Origin: a virus | Lineage: Duplodnaviria; Caudoviricetes | IMG/VR virus record: IMGVR_UViG_3300005805_000477 | Coordinates: 1-24,397 of that record | DNA: 24,397 bases | Reading direction: 5' to 3' (one strand) | In this document: positions 17,125 through 24,300 of the stretch, piece by piece | Layout: each line of letters opens with the position of its first letter | Numbering within the stretch: position 1 is the stretch's first letter | Notes under the pieces: model-generated | Seen by the model: only the letters and a program-made list of their open reading frames with translations | What the model was told of the DNA's origin: nothing | Databases searched by the model: none | Position numbers and translations under genes: made by a program

Positions 17125-18249
17125 ATGGCGAATCGTTCATTGACAGAAGTTACGTCCACGACCGGATACAAAATCGACCCCACCAAATTCGAGCGCGACC
17201 TCGTGCGGGCCCTGAACGGGGTGACGGGGTATTCGCATTATCAATCCAAGTCGGCGGAAGTGTTAGCGCATAAAATTGCAGCCGCACTCCGTCAACGAGG
17301 GGCTACAGGCGAAGCGCGTCAAGCCAGTGGTCAGAGCAGCGCCTCCAGCCTCACGCCGGTCTATCGTGAGCATGGGGTGAAAAGCGGAGAGCCCAAAGCC
17401 GATATTCTTGTCGGTGCGGCTCAATGTTCCATGAAGTATGCGAAAGCCGCCCAGATTGCGACCGCACAAGCGAACGAAACCCAAGCCGTGTTTGCCGCAG
17501 CATTTCAACATAATCCCGACTATACTCGACTGATTCGGCAGCAAATTATTCCGTTGATTCAGCATACCATGACGCGCGAGACGTTCTACAAGATTCGCGA
17601 CAAATATAGCAAAAACAAAACCGAGTTTCAAAACATGTTGAGTCAGGTGCTTTCGCTGCATAGCAGTAAAGGCGCCGCGACCACTCAACAGCGACAAGCC
17701 TTTCGAGATTTTCTCTCGGCCTTTGGTGTAGAGTTGCCGGTGCGTGGGGCCCTCTACACCTTTCTGGACTCACCGAGCACAAAGCAAACACTGTTTCATG
17801 AATTTGTCACGGGTGCCAATCGTTTTGTGCGCCCAGAATTTGTCGCGACGCATGTGCTCACATGGGATGAGACGGGTCGCGTCGGATTTACCCCCGCAAC
17901 GGCGTATGTCGAGGGACATCTCAATGCGTTTCAATATTCGATTCGTGATCGAGGTTCTCGACGCGCCGGGGCGTTTCGACTGTCAGTAGCGGAAGAATTA
18001 CACCCCGAATGGCATGCCGTGTATCAAGAATTGACGGAGCATGTCACTCGCGAATTAGGGCAACTTGCGCTCGACGAAGGTCTGCTATCCGATATGTGGG
18101 CCGGTGCGACAGAATTTATTACATGGATGGGTGGGCTTGTCAAACAGTTTATTGCGTTTTTAATTCGATTGTTTCAATCGGGTCTGGCGACGGTGATGGA
18201 ATGGTTTGAGTATGAGGTCGGTAGTCTGTCATGGACTCCAACATTCTAA
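17125..18249 (+). CDS. Hypothetical protein, putative PD-(D/E)xK nuclease with an amphipathic C-terminal tail
   Basis: TKFERDLV...EPKADILVG...CSMKYA; hydrophobic tail after LDEG. Confidence 0.55.
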   Translation: MANRSLTEVTSTTGYKIDPTKFERDLVRALNGVTGYSHYQSKSAEVLAHKIAAALRQRGATGEARQASGQSSASSLTPVYREHGVKSGEPKADILVGAAQCSMKYAKAAQIATAQANETQAVFAAAFQHNPDYTRLIRQQIIPLIQHTMTRETFYKIRDKYSKNKTEFQNMLSQVLSLHSSKGAATTQQRQAFRDFLSAFGVELPVRGALYTFLDSPSTKQTLFHEFVTGANRFVRPEFVATHVLTWDETGRVGFTPATAYVEGHLNAFQYSIRDRGSRRAGAFRLSVAEELHPEWHAVYQELTEHVTRELGQLALDEGLLSDMWAGATEFITWMGGLVKQFIAFLIRLFQSGLATVMEWFEYEVGSLSWTPTF

Positions 18250-18268
18250 CAAAAATAAAGGATACCTC

Positions 18269-18586
18269 ATGCCCCGAAAACCACGCCCCGTAGCAGCCGA
18301 GGGCGACGAGAATCAGGAAGTCGCACCACCCCTCGACTCCTCGGCGACCACGACCCTCAATGAGGATCCAAACCATCCAACCCGTTGGAAACATCGCCGG
18401 CGTCTAGCCTACATGGCCATGTGGAGTATGCTTGCGCTCACGGTCTATGTCGTGGGTCCGTGGATGCCTATGGACCGCCTCAACACGCTCCAAGATGTGA
18501 TTTCATGGTTTTACTTTTCGATGGCGAGTATTGTCGGTGCCTATATGGGTTTCGCCACATGGAGTGCAAAAACCACACGCGGTTAG
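18269..18586 (+). CDS. Two-TM membrane protein (holin-like candidate)
   Basis: AAGGA RBS; RRRLAY followed by a hydrophobic segment; second segment WFYFSMASIVGAYMGFATW. Confidence 0.65.
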   Translation: MPRKPRPVAAEGDENQEVAPPLDSSATTTLNEDPNHPTRWKHRRRLAYMAMWSMLALTVYVVGPWMPMDRLNTLQDVISWFYFSMASIVGAYMGFATWSAKTTRG

Positions 18587-18792
18587 CGCGGAATGAAGAT
18601 ATCGGGCAGGGTGGAGCGAATAGCACATGAAATTTCGCCGGTGCGTTTATCCGCACCGATCACCAACCACATCGGATTACCGACCCCCAGTCCTAACGAG
18701 CTGCTCGTCACCGCCATCGCAATATACCGCACATCATCCGTATACGCGGTCGAGTAGATGGGTTCTGTGGAGGCCGCGTTTTGTGTTTCCAT
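18583..18792 (-). CDS. Small hypothetical protein (69 aa)
   Basis: ATG 8 nt after the stop of the FeoA-like gene; its stop overlaps the convergent gene's stop. Confidence 0.45.
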   Translation of the reverse strand: METQNAASTEPIYSTAYTDDVRYIAMAVTSSSLGLGVGNPMWLVIGADKRTGEISCAIRSTLPDIFIPR

Positions 18793-18800
18793 ACAGTTAT

Positions 18801-19016
18801 CTAGGGCACAGCCTCGACGAATATCTGTTTGGCCAGCGCGGGTGAAAGACCGACACGCGTCGGACCGGCGGCAATAATCACACACGACGAAGAGATAGAA
18901 CACACTCGAATAGTGGCAGATAGCCGCACGCCCAGGCAGGGCAATAATAATTCCGAGGGTGGAATTTGTATAATTTTGCCGCACGTACCATATGGCAAAT
19001 CACAGAGACATCGCAT
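18801..19016 (-). CDS. FeoA-like (SH3-like) protein, 71 aa
   Basis: LCDLPYGTCGKIIQI...LLPCLGVRLSATIRV...VIIAAGPTRVGLSPALAKQIFVE follows the FeoA pattern L.dL..G....I..I...L..lG....i.V...r.aL....A..I.V; CTAAATA 7 nt upstream. Confidence 0.7.
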   Translation of the reverse strand: MRCLCDLPYGTCGKIIQIPPSELLLPCLGVRLSATIRVCSISSSCVIIAAGPTRVGLSPALAKQIFVEAVP

Positions 19017-19023
19017 AGACAAT

Positions 19024-19060
19024 TATTTAGATTGCACGCGCAGCGTTTGTTGTGTATAAT
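19024..19060. promoter_or_regulatory. Divergent promoters: late CTAAATA (-) and sigma70 TTGCAC-N17-TATAAT (+)
   Basis: TATTTAG 19024-19030; TTGCAC 19032-19037; TATAAT 19055-19060; ligase ATG 19067. Confidence 0.8.
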
Positions 19061-19066
19061 AACATC

Positions 19067-20191
19067 ATGCATTCGAACACTGCCACTCATTCGTACCCCA
19101 CATTATATGGGCATAGCACCCACGGTGCCGTGAAGGTCTGGAACATTCGTGTCGAGAGTGCTGACACGGCACGGGCAGCCGACATTGTGATTACGCACGG
19201 TCAGGAGCACGGCAAACAACAGGAAACTCGTCGCACGGTCACATCTGGCAAGAATATTGGTCGTGCGAATGCGACGACGCCGTGGACACAAGCCTTGGCC
19301 GAAGCCGAGGCGTTTTGGACCAAGAAGCAGGATAAAGGTTACAGCCCCACCAAGAGTGCCGCGACGCAGAAGCGGCAGCAGACGCGACTCCCGATGCTGG
19401 CGTTGAAGTATGATGACCGCAGTCATGATGTCGTGTGGCCCGCCTTCGTGCAACCAAAACTCAACGGCGTGCGGTGCCTGATGGAACGGGTGGGAGATGA
19501 TATTGTGTTTCATTCCCGCGGCAACAAACAGTTTACGACGCTGAACCATCTCAAAGCCGATGCCCTCGCGGTGTTGCAGGATGGCGAGATGCTCGACGGC
19601 GAACTCTACTCGCACGGTGCAGTGACGTTTCAGGAACTCTGTTCGCTCATCAAGAATGAAAAGAAAAGTGATCCGGCGCGTGTCGCCCAGCACATTCAGT
19701 TTTGGAACTATGACCGCTGTGAGTCGGTGCCGTTCGTGAAGCGAGCCTCACGACTGGTCGAACACGGCAGCATCAAGCGAGTGCCGACCTATCGGCTTGC
19801 GAATGAGAAGGAGATGCTGGACTACCATCAGCAATTTGAGGAGCAGGGGTATGAGGGGCTGATGCTACGCAGTGGTAATAGCGGCTATCGGTTTCAGTAT
19901 CGGTCGGTGTCTCTGCTGAAGTTGAAATCCTTCATGGACGGCGAGTTCGAGATTGTCGGTGCCGAAGAAGGGGTTGGTAAGTCAGCCGGGCAGGCGACAT
20001 TCGTTTGCAAGACCAAGCAGGGGCAGACGTTTGGATGTCGCTGTAAAGGCACGGACGAGATGCGTCGGGAACAGTGGACGAACCGTGCGTCGTATATGAA
20101 CAAGATGCTCACGGTCAAGTATCAGACCTTGAGTGATGATGGGGTGCCGATTTTTCCCGTCGGCATCGGCGTGCGAGATTATGAGGAATAA
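19067..20191 (+). CDS. lig: ATP-dependent DNA ligase with an N-terminal WGR-like domain
   Basis: QPKLNGVRC (motif I), LDGELY (III), YEGLMLR (IV), LLKLK (V), OB-fold tail LTVKYQ...GVPIFP. Confidence 0.92.
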   Translation: MHSNTATHSYPTLYGHSTHGAVKVWNIRVESADTARAADIVITHGQEHGKQQETRRTVTSGKNIGRANATTPWTQALAEAEAFWTKKQDKGYSPTKSAATQKRQQTRLPMLALKYDDRSHDVVWPAFVQPKLNGVRCLMERVGDDIVFHSRGNKQFTTLNHLKADALAVLQDGEMLDGELYSHGAVTFQELCSLIKNEKKSDPARVAQHIQFWNYDRCESVPFVKRASRLVEHGSIKRVPTYRLANEKEMLDYHQQFEEQGYEGLMLRSGNSGYRFQYRSVSLLKLKSFMDGEFEIVGAEEGVGKSAGQATFVCKTKQGQTFGCRCKGTDEMRREQWTNRASYMNKMLTVKYQTLSDDGVPIFPVGIGVRDYEE

Positions 20192-20195
20192 CGCG

Positions 20196-20318
20196 ATGTT
20201 GCCAGACCTGAGAGCCGCAGCGATGACCTGTAAGACACATCCGAAGTATCAAGTGAAACGTCCCCCCCGCGCAGCGTGTGCCGTCTGTGCGCAGATGTGG
20301 GCGATGCGGAAGACGTAA
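20196..20318 (+). CDS. Small putative zinc-binding protein
   Basis: GAGGA RBS; CKTHPKY...CAVC; fills the gap between ligase and the next ATG. Confidence 0.5.
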   Translation: MLPDLRAAAMTCKTHPKYQVKRPPRAACAVCAQMWAMRKT

Positions 20319-20319
20319 G

Positions 20320-20571
20320 ATGCGTTACTTTTCGTATAATGAACCTATCTGGGCGGAGAATGACGACCGCGATGCATGCGGTCATGTCAAGATTCGTGGT
20401 AATCGCGTCATCACCAAGTCCGAGGACGAGATTCGTGCGGAATACTTTCCGTATTGGGAAGCACGGATGATTGACCGGTATGGCGAAGAGACGTATCGCC
20501 TCGCCTATAGTTTCGAAGACTGCCTCGACCAGTGGATCGTGACCAATTGGGCATGGCAAGTGGAGGACTGA
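20320..20571 (+). CDS. Phage hypothetical protein
   Basis: MRYFSYNEP...SEDEIRAEYFPYW...CLDQWIVTNWAW; tightly packed with neighbours. Confidence 0.7.
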   Translation: MRYFSYNEPIWAENDDRDACGHVKIRGNRVITKSEDEIRAEYFPYWEARMIDRYGEETYRLAYSFEDCLDQWIVTNWAWQVED

Positions 20572-20572
20572 T

Positions 20573-20818
20573 ATGACACCGTATGAAACGCGTGAAGAAT
20601 TACGCATCGCCCTCCATCGACGCTTGTGTGGTCGATGTGGGCAGGCCTATGCGCAACATAAACCTGTGACGGTCTCGCGTCTATGGTCGGGCGACGTGTG
20701 GCCACACGTCGCGGTCGTGTGCCCCACGGCCCTGTTTGTGGAGGCCCCCACCCCGACGCCCGCGACACAACTCTCGTTGCCGTTTGAGTCGGTGCAACTG
20801 CGATTGCCCCTCGAATAA
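20573..20818 (+). CDS. Hypothetical protein with a CxxC motif
   Basis: GGAGG RBS, 1-nt gap after the previous stop. Confidence 0.6.
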   Translation: MTPYETREELRIALHRRLCGRCGQAYAQHKPVTVSRLWSGDVWPHVAVVCPTALFVEAPTPTPATQLSLPFESVQLRLPLE

Positions 20819-20821
20819 ATA
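20815..20821 (+). promoter_or_regulatory. Late promoter ATAAATA
   Basis: Overlaps the upstream stop; 6 nt before the protease ATG. Confidence 0.6.
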
Positions 20822-20827
20822 TGAGGC

Positions 20828-21502
20828 ATGACCCATCGACACGCGGCGCTCGTCGCCAGTATCACCGTCGTGCTGACCGCGGCCCTCGCCTACTCCACCC
20901 TGAATCCGCCGGCACCGGCGTTCGATCCACTGGATGACACGATGCTCGCGGCACAGTCCCCCGCGCCCTGTGTGACCCCTCCGCTCTCGTCGCACAGTGT
21001 CGCGCCACAGACCACCCTCATCTATCGGTATGTCGGTCGATGGGACCGCGACGCCCAGGCGTGCACGACACGGGCGTTTGCGACATGGAATACCTACTTG
21101 GACACGACCCCGCTCGGCATTCGGTTTGCGCCGTATCCCGAGGAGGCGCCGGCGTCACTGGTGCAGCACATCAGCGTGATCCACACGTTTCTGCCCCACA
21201 ACACGGCCGGCGCGATTACCGAGGTCACGCGAGATTCACGCGGGTATGCCGCTGGCGTGGGCGTGCTCATCAACAATAACTCCGACACCGTCTCGTCGTG
21301 TCTGGGCTACTATAAAGTGGCGATGCACGAACTCGGACATGTCTTGGGGTTGTCGCATCCTCGGGGGGACCACGCTTCGTCCATCATGAATGATATGGCC
21401 GGGAAGAATGATCTCAATGAGGCAATGCCGATTGCCCCTACATGGTGTGACCTGACCCAAATTCAGGTCGCGAGTCGTCAACCGTTGTTTCCCAAACCAT
21501 AA
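20828..21502 (+). CDS. Matrixin-like (metzincin) zinc metalloprotease with a signal/anchor peptide
   Basis: HELGHVLGLSH (HExxHxxGxxH) and SSIM Met-turn; hydrophobic N-terminus. Confidence 0.85.
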   Translation: MTHRHAALVASITVVLTAALAYSTLNPPAPAFDPLDDTMLAAQSPAPCVTPPLSSHSVAPQTTLIYRYVGRWDRDAQACTTRAFATWNTYLDTTPLGIRFAPYPEEAPASLVQHISVIHTFLPHNTAGAITEVTRDSRGYAAGVGVLINNNSDTVSSCLGYYKVAMHELGHVLGLSHPRGDHASSIMNDMAGKNDLNEAMPIAPTWCDLTQIQVASRQPLFPKP

Positions 21503-21504
21503 CC

Positions 21505-21515
21505 TGTGGTATACT
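21505..21515 (+). promoter_or_regulatory. Extended -10 promoter TGTGGTATACT
   Basis: Followed by AAGGAG and ATG 21532. Confidence 0.7.
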
Positions 21516-21531
21516 AATCAACAAGGAGCGT

Positions 21532-21984
21532 ATGATAATGAGTGAGTTTAATCTTGATTTTATTCTGGGCATGGTGTCCGGCATGGCCACCATCGGGGCC
21601 ATCAAATTCTTGAGTCGAAGTTTTTGGTCCCCCGACACGACACAGCCGTTGCAGGTCTCGACGCCCACGCCGAAGAACGTGACGGTGACGGTGCCACCGA
21701 CGCTACTTTCGGTGCCCAGACTCACTTCGGCAGATTCGAACACACTGCGAGACACCGCGAAACCGCGTTCGGTCCCGATGGTCAAGGTCGATAAGCAGGT
21801 CATTTCGTCGTGGGTGTCGAATGAAATTGCGACCGCACGGCAGAAGACAGCCCGTGCCACCTCGGCCAAGTCCACCAAGTCCATCAAGTCCACCAAGTCC
21901 ACCACGTCCTCGACCCCCTCGCGGAAGCCAGGGCGTCCCACCAAGCGGTCCTCAACCAAGACGTCGCGCCGCCGTCGCGCCTAA
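21532..21984 (+). CDS. Membrane-anchored protein with a basic K/S/T/R-rich tail
   Basis: N-terminal hydrophobic helix; KST repeats encoded by a 9-nt CCAAGTCCA repeat (about 21866-21909). Confidence 0.65.
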   Translation: MIMSEFNLDFILGMVSGMATIGAIKFLSRSFWSPDTTQPLQVSTPTPKNVTVTVPPTLLSVPRLTSADSNTLRDTAKPRSVPMVKVDKQVISSWVSNEIATARQKTARATSAKSTKSIKSTKSTTSSTPSRKPGRPTKRSSTKTSRRRRA

Positions 21985-21985
21985 G

Positions 21986-22318
21986 ATGTCACGGCTCTGG
22001 TCGCGTCTGTGCTGTGCGCTCGGGTGGCATCCCGGCGTGTTTCGTCAATGGGAATGGCGTCTGCATGCGCCGGCGTGGAAAGAAACGACGGACCATTGGA
22101 CGTGTATTCGCTGTCTGCGTGAGCTGCCCACGGTTCCGGCATCGCTGCCGCGCTATCGCGTCGATCGACCGCACATGGATCACGGGCTGGTGGCTGCGGT
22201 CAATCGGGCGTCGGCACACATGGAAGCGCATGGCATGACCGATGTGCGGGTCTTAGGAGGCGATCCCGCCACGCGCGTTCGATGTCAGTCCTCCACGGAG
22301 TCCCCGTCACAGTTTTGA
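21986..22318 (+). CDS. Hypothetical protein with a C..GWH...CxRC putative zinc site
   Basis: ATG 1 nt after the previous stop; LCCALGWH...WTCIRC. Confidence 0.6.
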   Translation: MSRLWSRLCCALGWHPGVFRQWEWRLHAPAWKETTDHWTCIRCLRELPTVPASLPRYRVDRPHMDHGLVAAVNRASAHMEAHGMTDVRVLGGDPATRVRCQSSTESPSQF

Positions 22319-22320
22319 TT

Positions 22321-22581
22321 ATGTCCAAAAAGAAATCCTTCACGAAAAAGCACTACTACGCCGCCCCTGACTATACCCCCACCCCACCGCTCGACGAGGA
22401 GACGTCTCGACACACGCACTGGGTCCACGACTGTGACCGCTGGCGCGGGCTGGTGCTGACGGGTCGCTATGCCCACTGGTGCCCCCAGTGGGACGGTCTG
22501 CCGATGGACGAAACCTGCCCCGAGTGGCCGTGTCAGTGCGGTATTGAGCAGGTGGTGGATGCGGCCGAGACGCAGTCCTGA
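22321..22581 (+). CDS. Cys/Trp-rich hypothetical protein
   Basis: HWCPQWDGLPMDETCPEWPCQC; ATG 2 nt after the previous stop. Confidence 0.6.
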   Translation: MSKKKSFTKKHYYAAPDYTPTPPLDEETSRHTHWVHDCDRWRGLVLTGRYAHWCPQWDGLPMDETCPEWPCQCGIEQVVDAAETQS

Positions 22582-22622
22582 TGACCATCAATCATGGTCA
22601 TATGACCATCAATACTGGTCAT
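22581..22622. repeat. Two tandem 21-bp palindromes ATGACCA-N7-TGGTCAT
   Basis: ATGACCATCAATCATGGTCAT followed by ATGACCATCAATACTGGTCAT. Confidence 0.85.
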
Positions 22623-22694
22623 GCGTGCGCTGCTCGGTGAGGGGCGTCCTCCGGTCTCGACTCTGGGGGGGGGGGATGATATCGATGGGGATCA

Positions 22695-22703
22695 TGGTAT
22701 ACT
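22695..22703 (+). promoter_or_regulatory. Extended -10 promoter TGGTATACT
   Basis: 9 nt before ATG 22713; G11 tract at 22665-22675 upstream. Confidence 0.6.
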
Positions 22704-22712
22704 CGTCGCACG

Positions 22713-23303
22713 ATGCTGCTCAACATTCCCTACCAATCCTGCTTCGTTCGCCGCAGTTATATTCTTCCACAGGTGCCGCATACGGATGCCTCGGTCGTGC
22801 CCGCATGGTGGTTTGCGGTCGATAATCTGCTCAATCGCCCGCTGCTGTGTATGGTGCAACTGTCCTCCGGTGCCTTGTATGCAAAGCTCCCGCTGTCGGC
22901 CCTGACGCATACGGAACAGTATGCTCGATTAGGCGACACCGAACCCGAACGACTCGGGAATCTGCAATATTGGGATGCGCAAGCGGCCATGCTGACCTGC
23001 ACGACTCTCGCCTTTCTTCACCACAAACAAGTGGAGGTACGCACGCGCACCGCCGGAACGCTGTCGGGTCGCTATCTCACGACGTTCAGTCATGGAGATG
23101 GGGATCCGAATCTACTCAACGTCGGGTATGGCGAGTTTCCGGATGTCAAGCAATATCATCTTATCCAACTGGATAATGGCAACTATGGGGCGTATCCCAA
23201 TACCTATCTGCGTGTCTGGAATGCGGATTTCGTGGATCGTGACGCTGAACCGGTGCGGTTACGACGGAATACGATTCAGATGTGGGCCGAAGATGGGCAG
23301 TAA
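22713..23303 (+). CDS. Phage hypothetical protein
   Basis: NIPYQSCFVRR, SGALYAKLP, LQYWD, GRYLTTF, LDNGNYGAYPN: a pattern I recall from uncharacterised phage proteins; has its own promoter. Confidence 0.7.
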   Translation: MLLNIPYQSCFVRRSYILPQVPHTDASVVPAWWFAVDNLLNRPLLCMVQLSSGALYAKLPLSALTHTEQYARLGDTEPERLGNLQYWDAQAAMLTCTTLAFLHHKQVEVRTRTAGTLSGRYLTTFSHGDGDPNLLNVGYGEFPDVKQYHLIQLDNGNYGAYPNTYLRVWNADFVDRDAEPVRLRRNTIQMWAEDGQ

Positions 23304-23313
23304 GCCTGTGGAG

Positions 23314-23385
23314 GCGGTGTCAGCGGTGTCAGCAGTGTCAGCGGTGTCAGCAGTGTCAGCAGTGTCAGCGGTGTGACCGGTGTGA
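23314..23385. repeat. 9-bp tandem repeat GC(G/A)GTGTCA, 6 clean and 2 degenerate units
   Basis: Read directly; non-coding, just after the 23303 stop. Confidence 0.9.
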
Positions 23386-23608
23386 TAGGGTGGAGCCGTG
23401 TGGACGAATGTGGAGTAGAGCATCAGACTCCTGCTGTGTCGAGAGGGTGAGATCGCGTGATAGAAAAATCCCCTGTTCTTTCCCCTTCCCTGCTCCGCCA
23501 TCCCCACCGCGCACATCGAGCCATCCTGCTCCCTCCCTCTTGTCTCACTCGCGCCATATCGCATTCTACGCGGTCTGGCACGGTGTCGCAATTTCGGCAG
23601 TGTTGAAC

Positions 23609-23634
23609 GTTCGATCCGTCTGTTCGATCCGTCT
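23609..23634. repeat. 13-bp tandem duplication GTTCGATCCGTCT x2
   Basis: Read directly. Confidence 0.85.
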
Positions 23635-23677
23635 GTGTTTTCCTACACCCGTGGGGTACTGACCCCCTAATATCCCC

Positions 23678-23780
23678 GTAACCCCTTGATAACAAAGGAC
23701 TTACGGGATTTCTTCCCGCCATTCCCCAACACAATCGTAGTTTAAAAATACCTGTAAGTCCTTTGCCATCAAGCACTTAC
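23678..23780. repeat. Pair of inverted 27-bp imperfect palindromes (GTAA...TTAC)
   Basis: The reverse complement of 23678-23704 matches 23754-23780 at 22 of 27 positions. Confidence 0.85.
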
Positions 23781-23793
23781 GGACACCCCCAAT

Positions 23794-23823
23794 TTGACTT
23801 TGCCCTGGGCATCATGATACGCT
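23794..23823 (+). promoter_or_regulatory. Sigma70-type (probably early) promoter TTGACT-N18-TACGCT
   Basis: TTGACT 23794-23799, TGnTACGCT 23815-23823, ATG 6 nt later. Confidence 0.65.
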
Positions 23824-23829
23824 ATTGGC

Positions 23830-24264
23830 ATGTTAAATCGTCTTGATACTGCTGTGGTTCGTGCGCGTCGTCAGGTGGAGTATCTCCGTCTACTGGAGGG
23901 TGCGTCGAAGGGTCATGGGACCGTCTATCATCCTGTCTCGCATCGCATCGCGGGCTACAATTTCGGGTCGCGCGTCCGTCCTGACGTCGCGCCGATCGCG
24001 GTGAACGCGTCGGGCTTCGAAACGGTCGCGTCGTTTTTGGCCCGTGGGGGTCGCATCACCGTCGGTCGAGCGAAGACCGCGAAGGGCGCACTGCTCGTCG
24101 ACACGATCAAGATCAGCACGAAGCGCGGGCACAACCGGACGGGGCAGATTGTCCGTCGCACGGTGCGCCCGAGCACGATGTGCACCTCCTCCGTCGTGAG
24201 CCTGGCGCGAGAAGAGCGCCCGTATAACGGCACCGCGATGAAGATGTTTGGACCGCGTGGCTAA
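23830..24264 (+). CDS. Basic hypothetical protein (probable early gene)
   Basis: 144-aa ORF directly after a promoter; contains ETVASFLARGGRIT. Confidence 0.6.
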   Translation: MLNRLDTAVVRARRQVEYLRLLEGASKGHGTVYHPVSHRIAGYNFGSRVRPDVAPIAVNASGFETVASFLARGGRITVGRAKTAKGALLVDTIKISTKRGHNRTGQIVRRTVRPSTMCTSSVVSLAREERPYNGTAMKMFGPRG

Positions 24265-24300
24265 TCACCCACAGAGCAGAGAGAGAGAGAGCAGAGAGTA

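Noticed and set aside
18793-18984. GTG-started 133-aa version of the minus-strand ORF
   Set aside because: Overlaps the better supported FeoA-like frame; ATG 18792 is the more plausible start.
19450-19480. KLNG instead of KxDG as evidence for an RNA ligase
   Set aside because: The C-terminal OB-fold and other motifs match DNA ligases, and this position varies among nucleotidyltransferases.
23470-23505. G-quadruplex on the minus strand
   Set aside because: Four G-runs are present but with loops of 8, 2 and 11 nt; weak, and not separable from general composition bias.
23259-23662. ORFs with TADTAD, CQRCQQ or AVSAVS repeats
   Set aside because: All are translations of the 9-bp DNA repeat, with no start signals or protein-like context.
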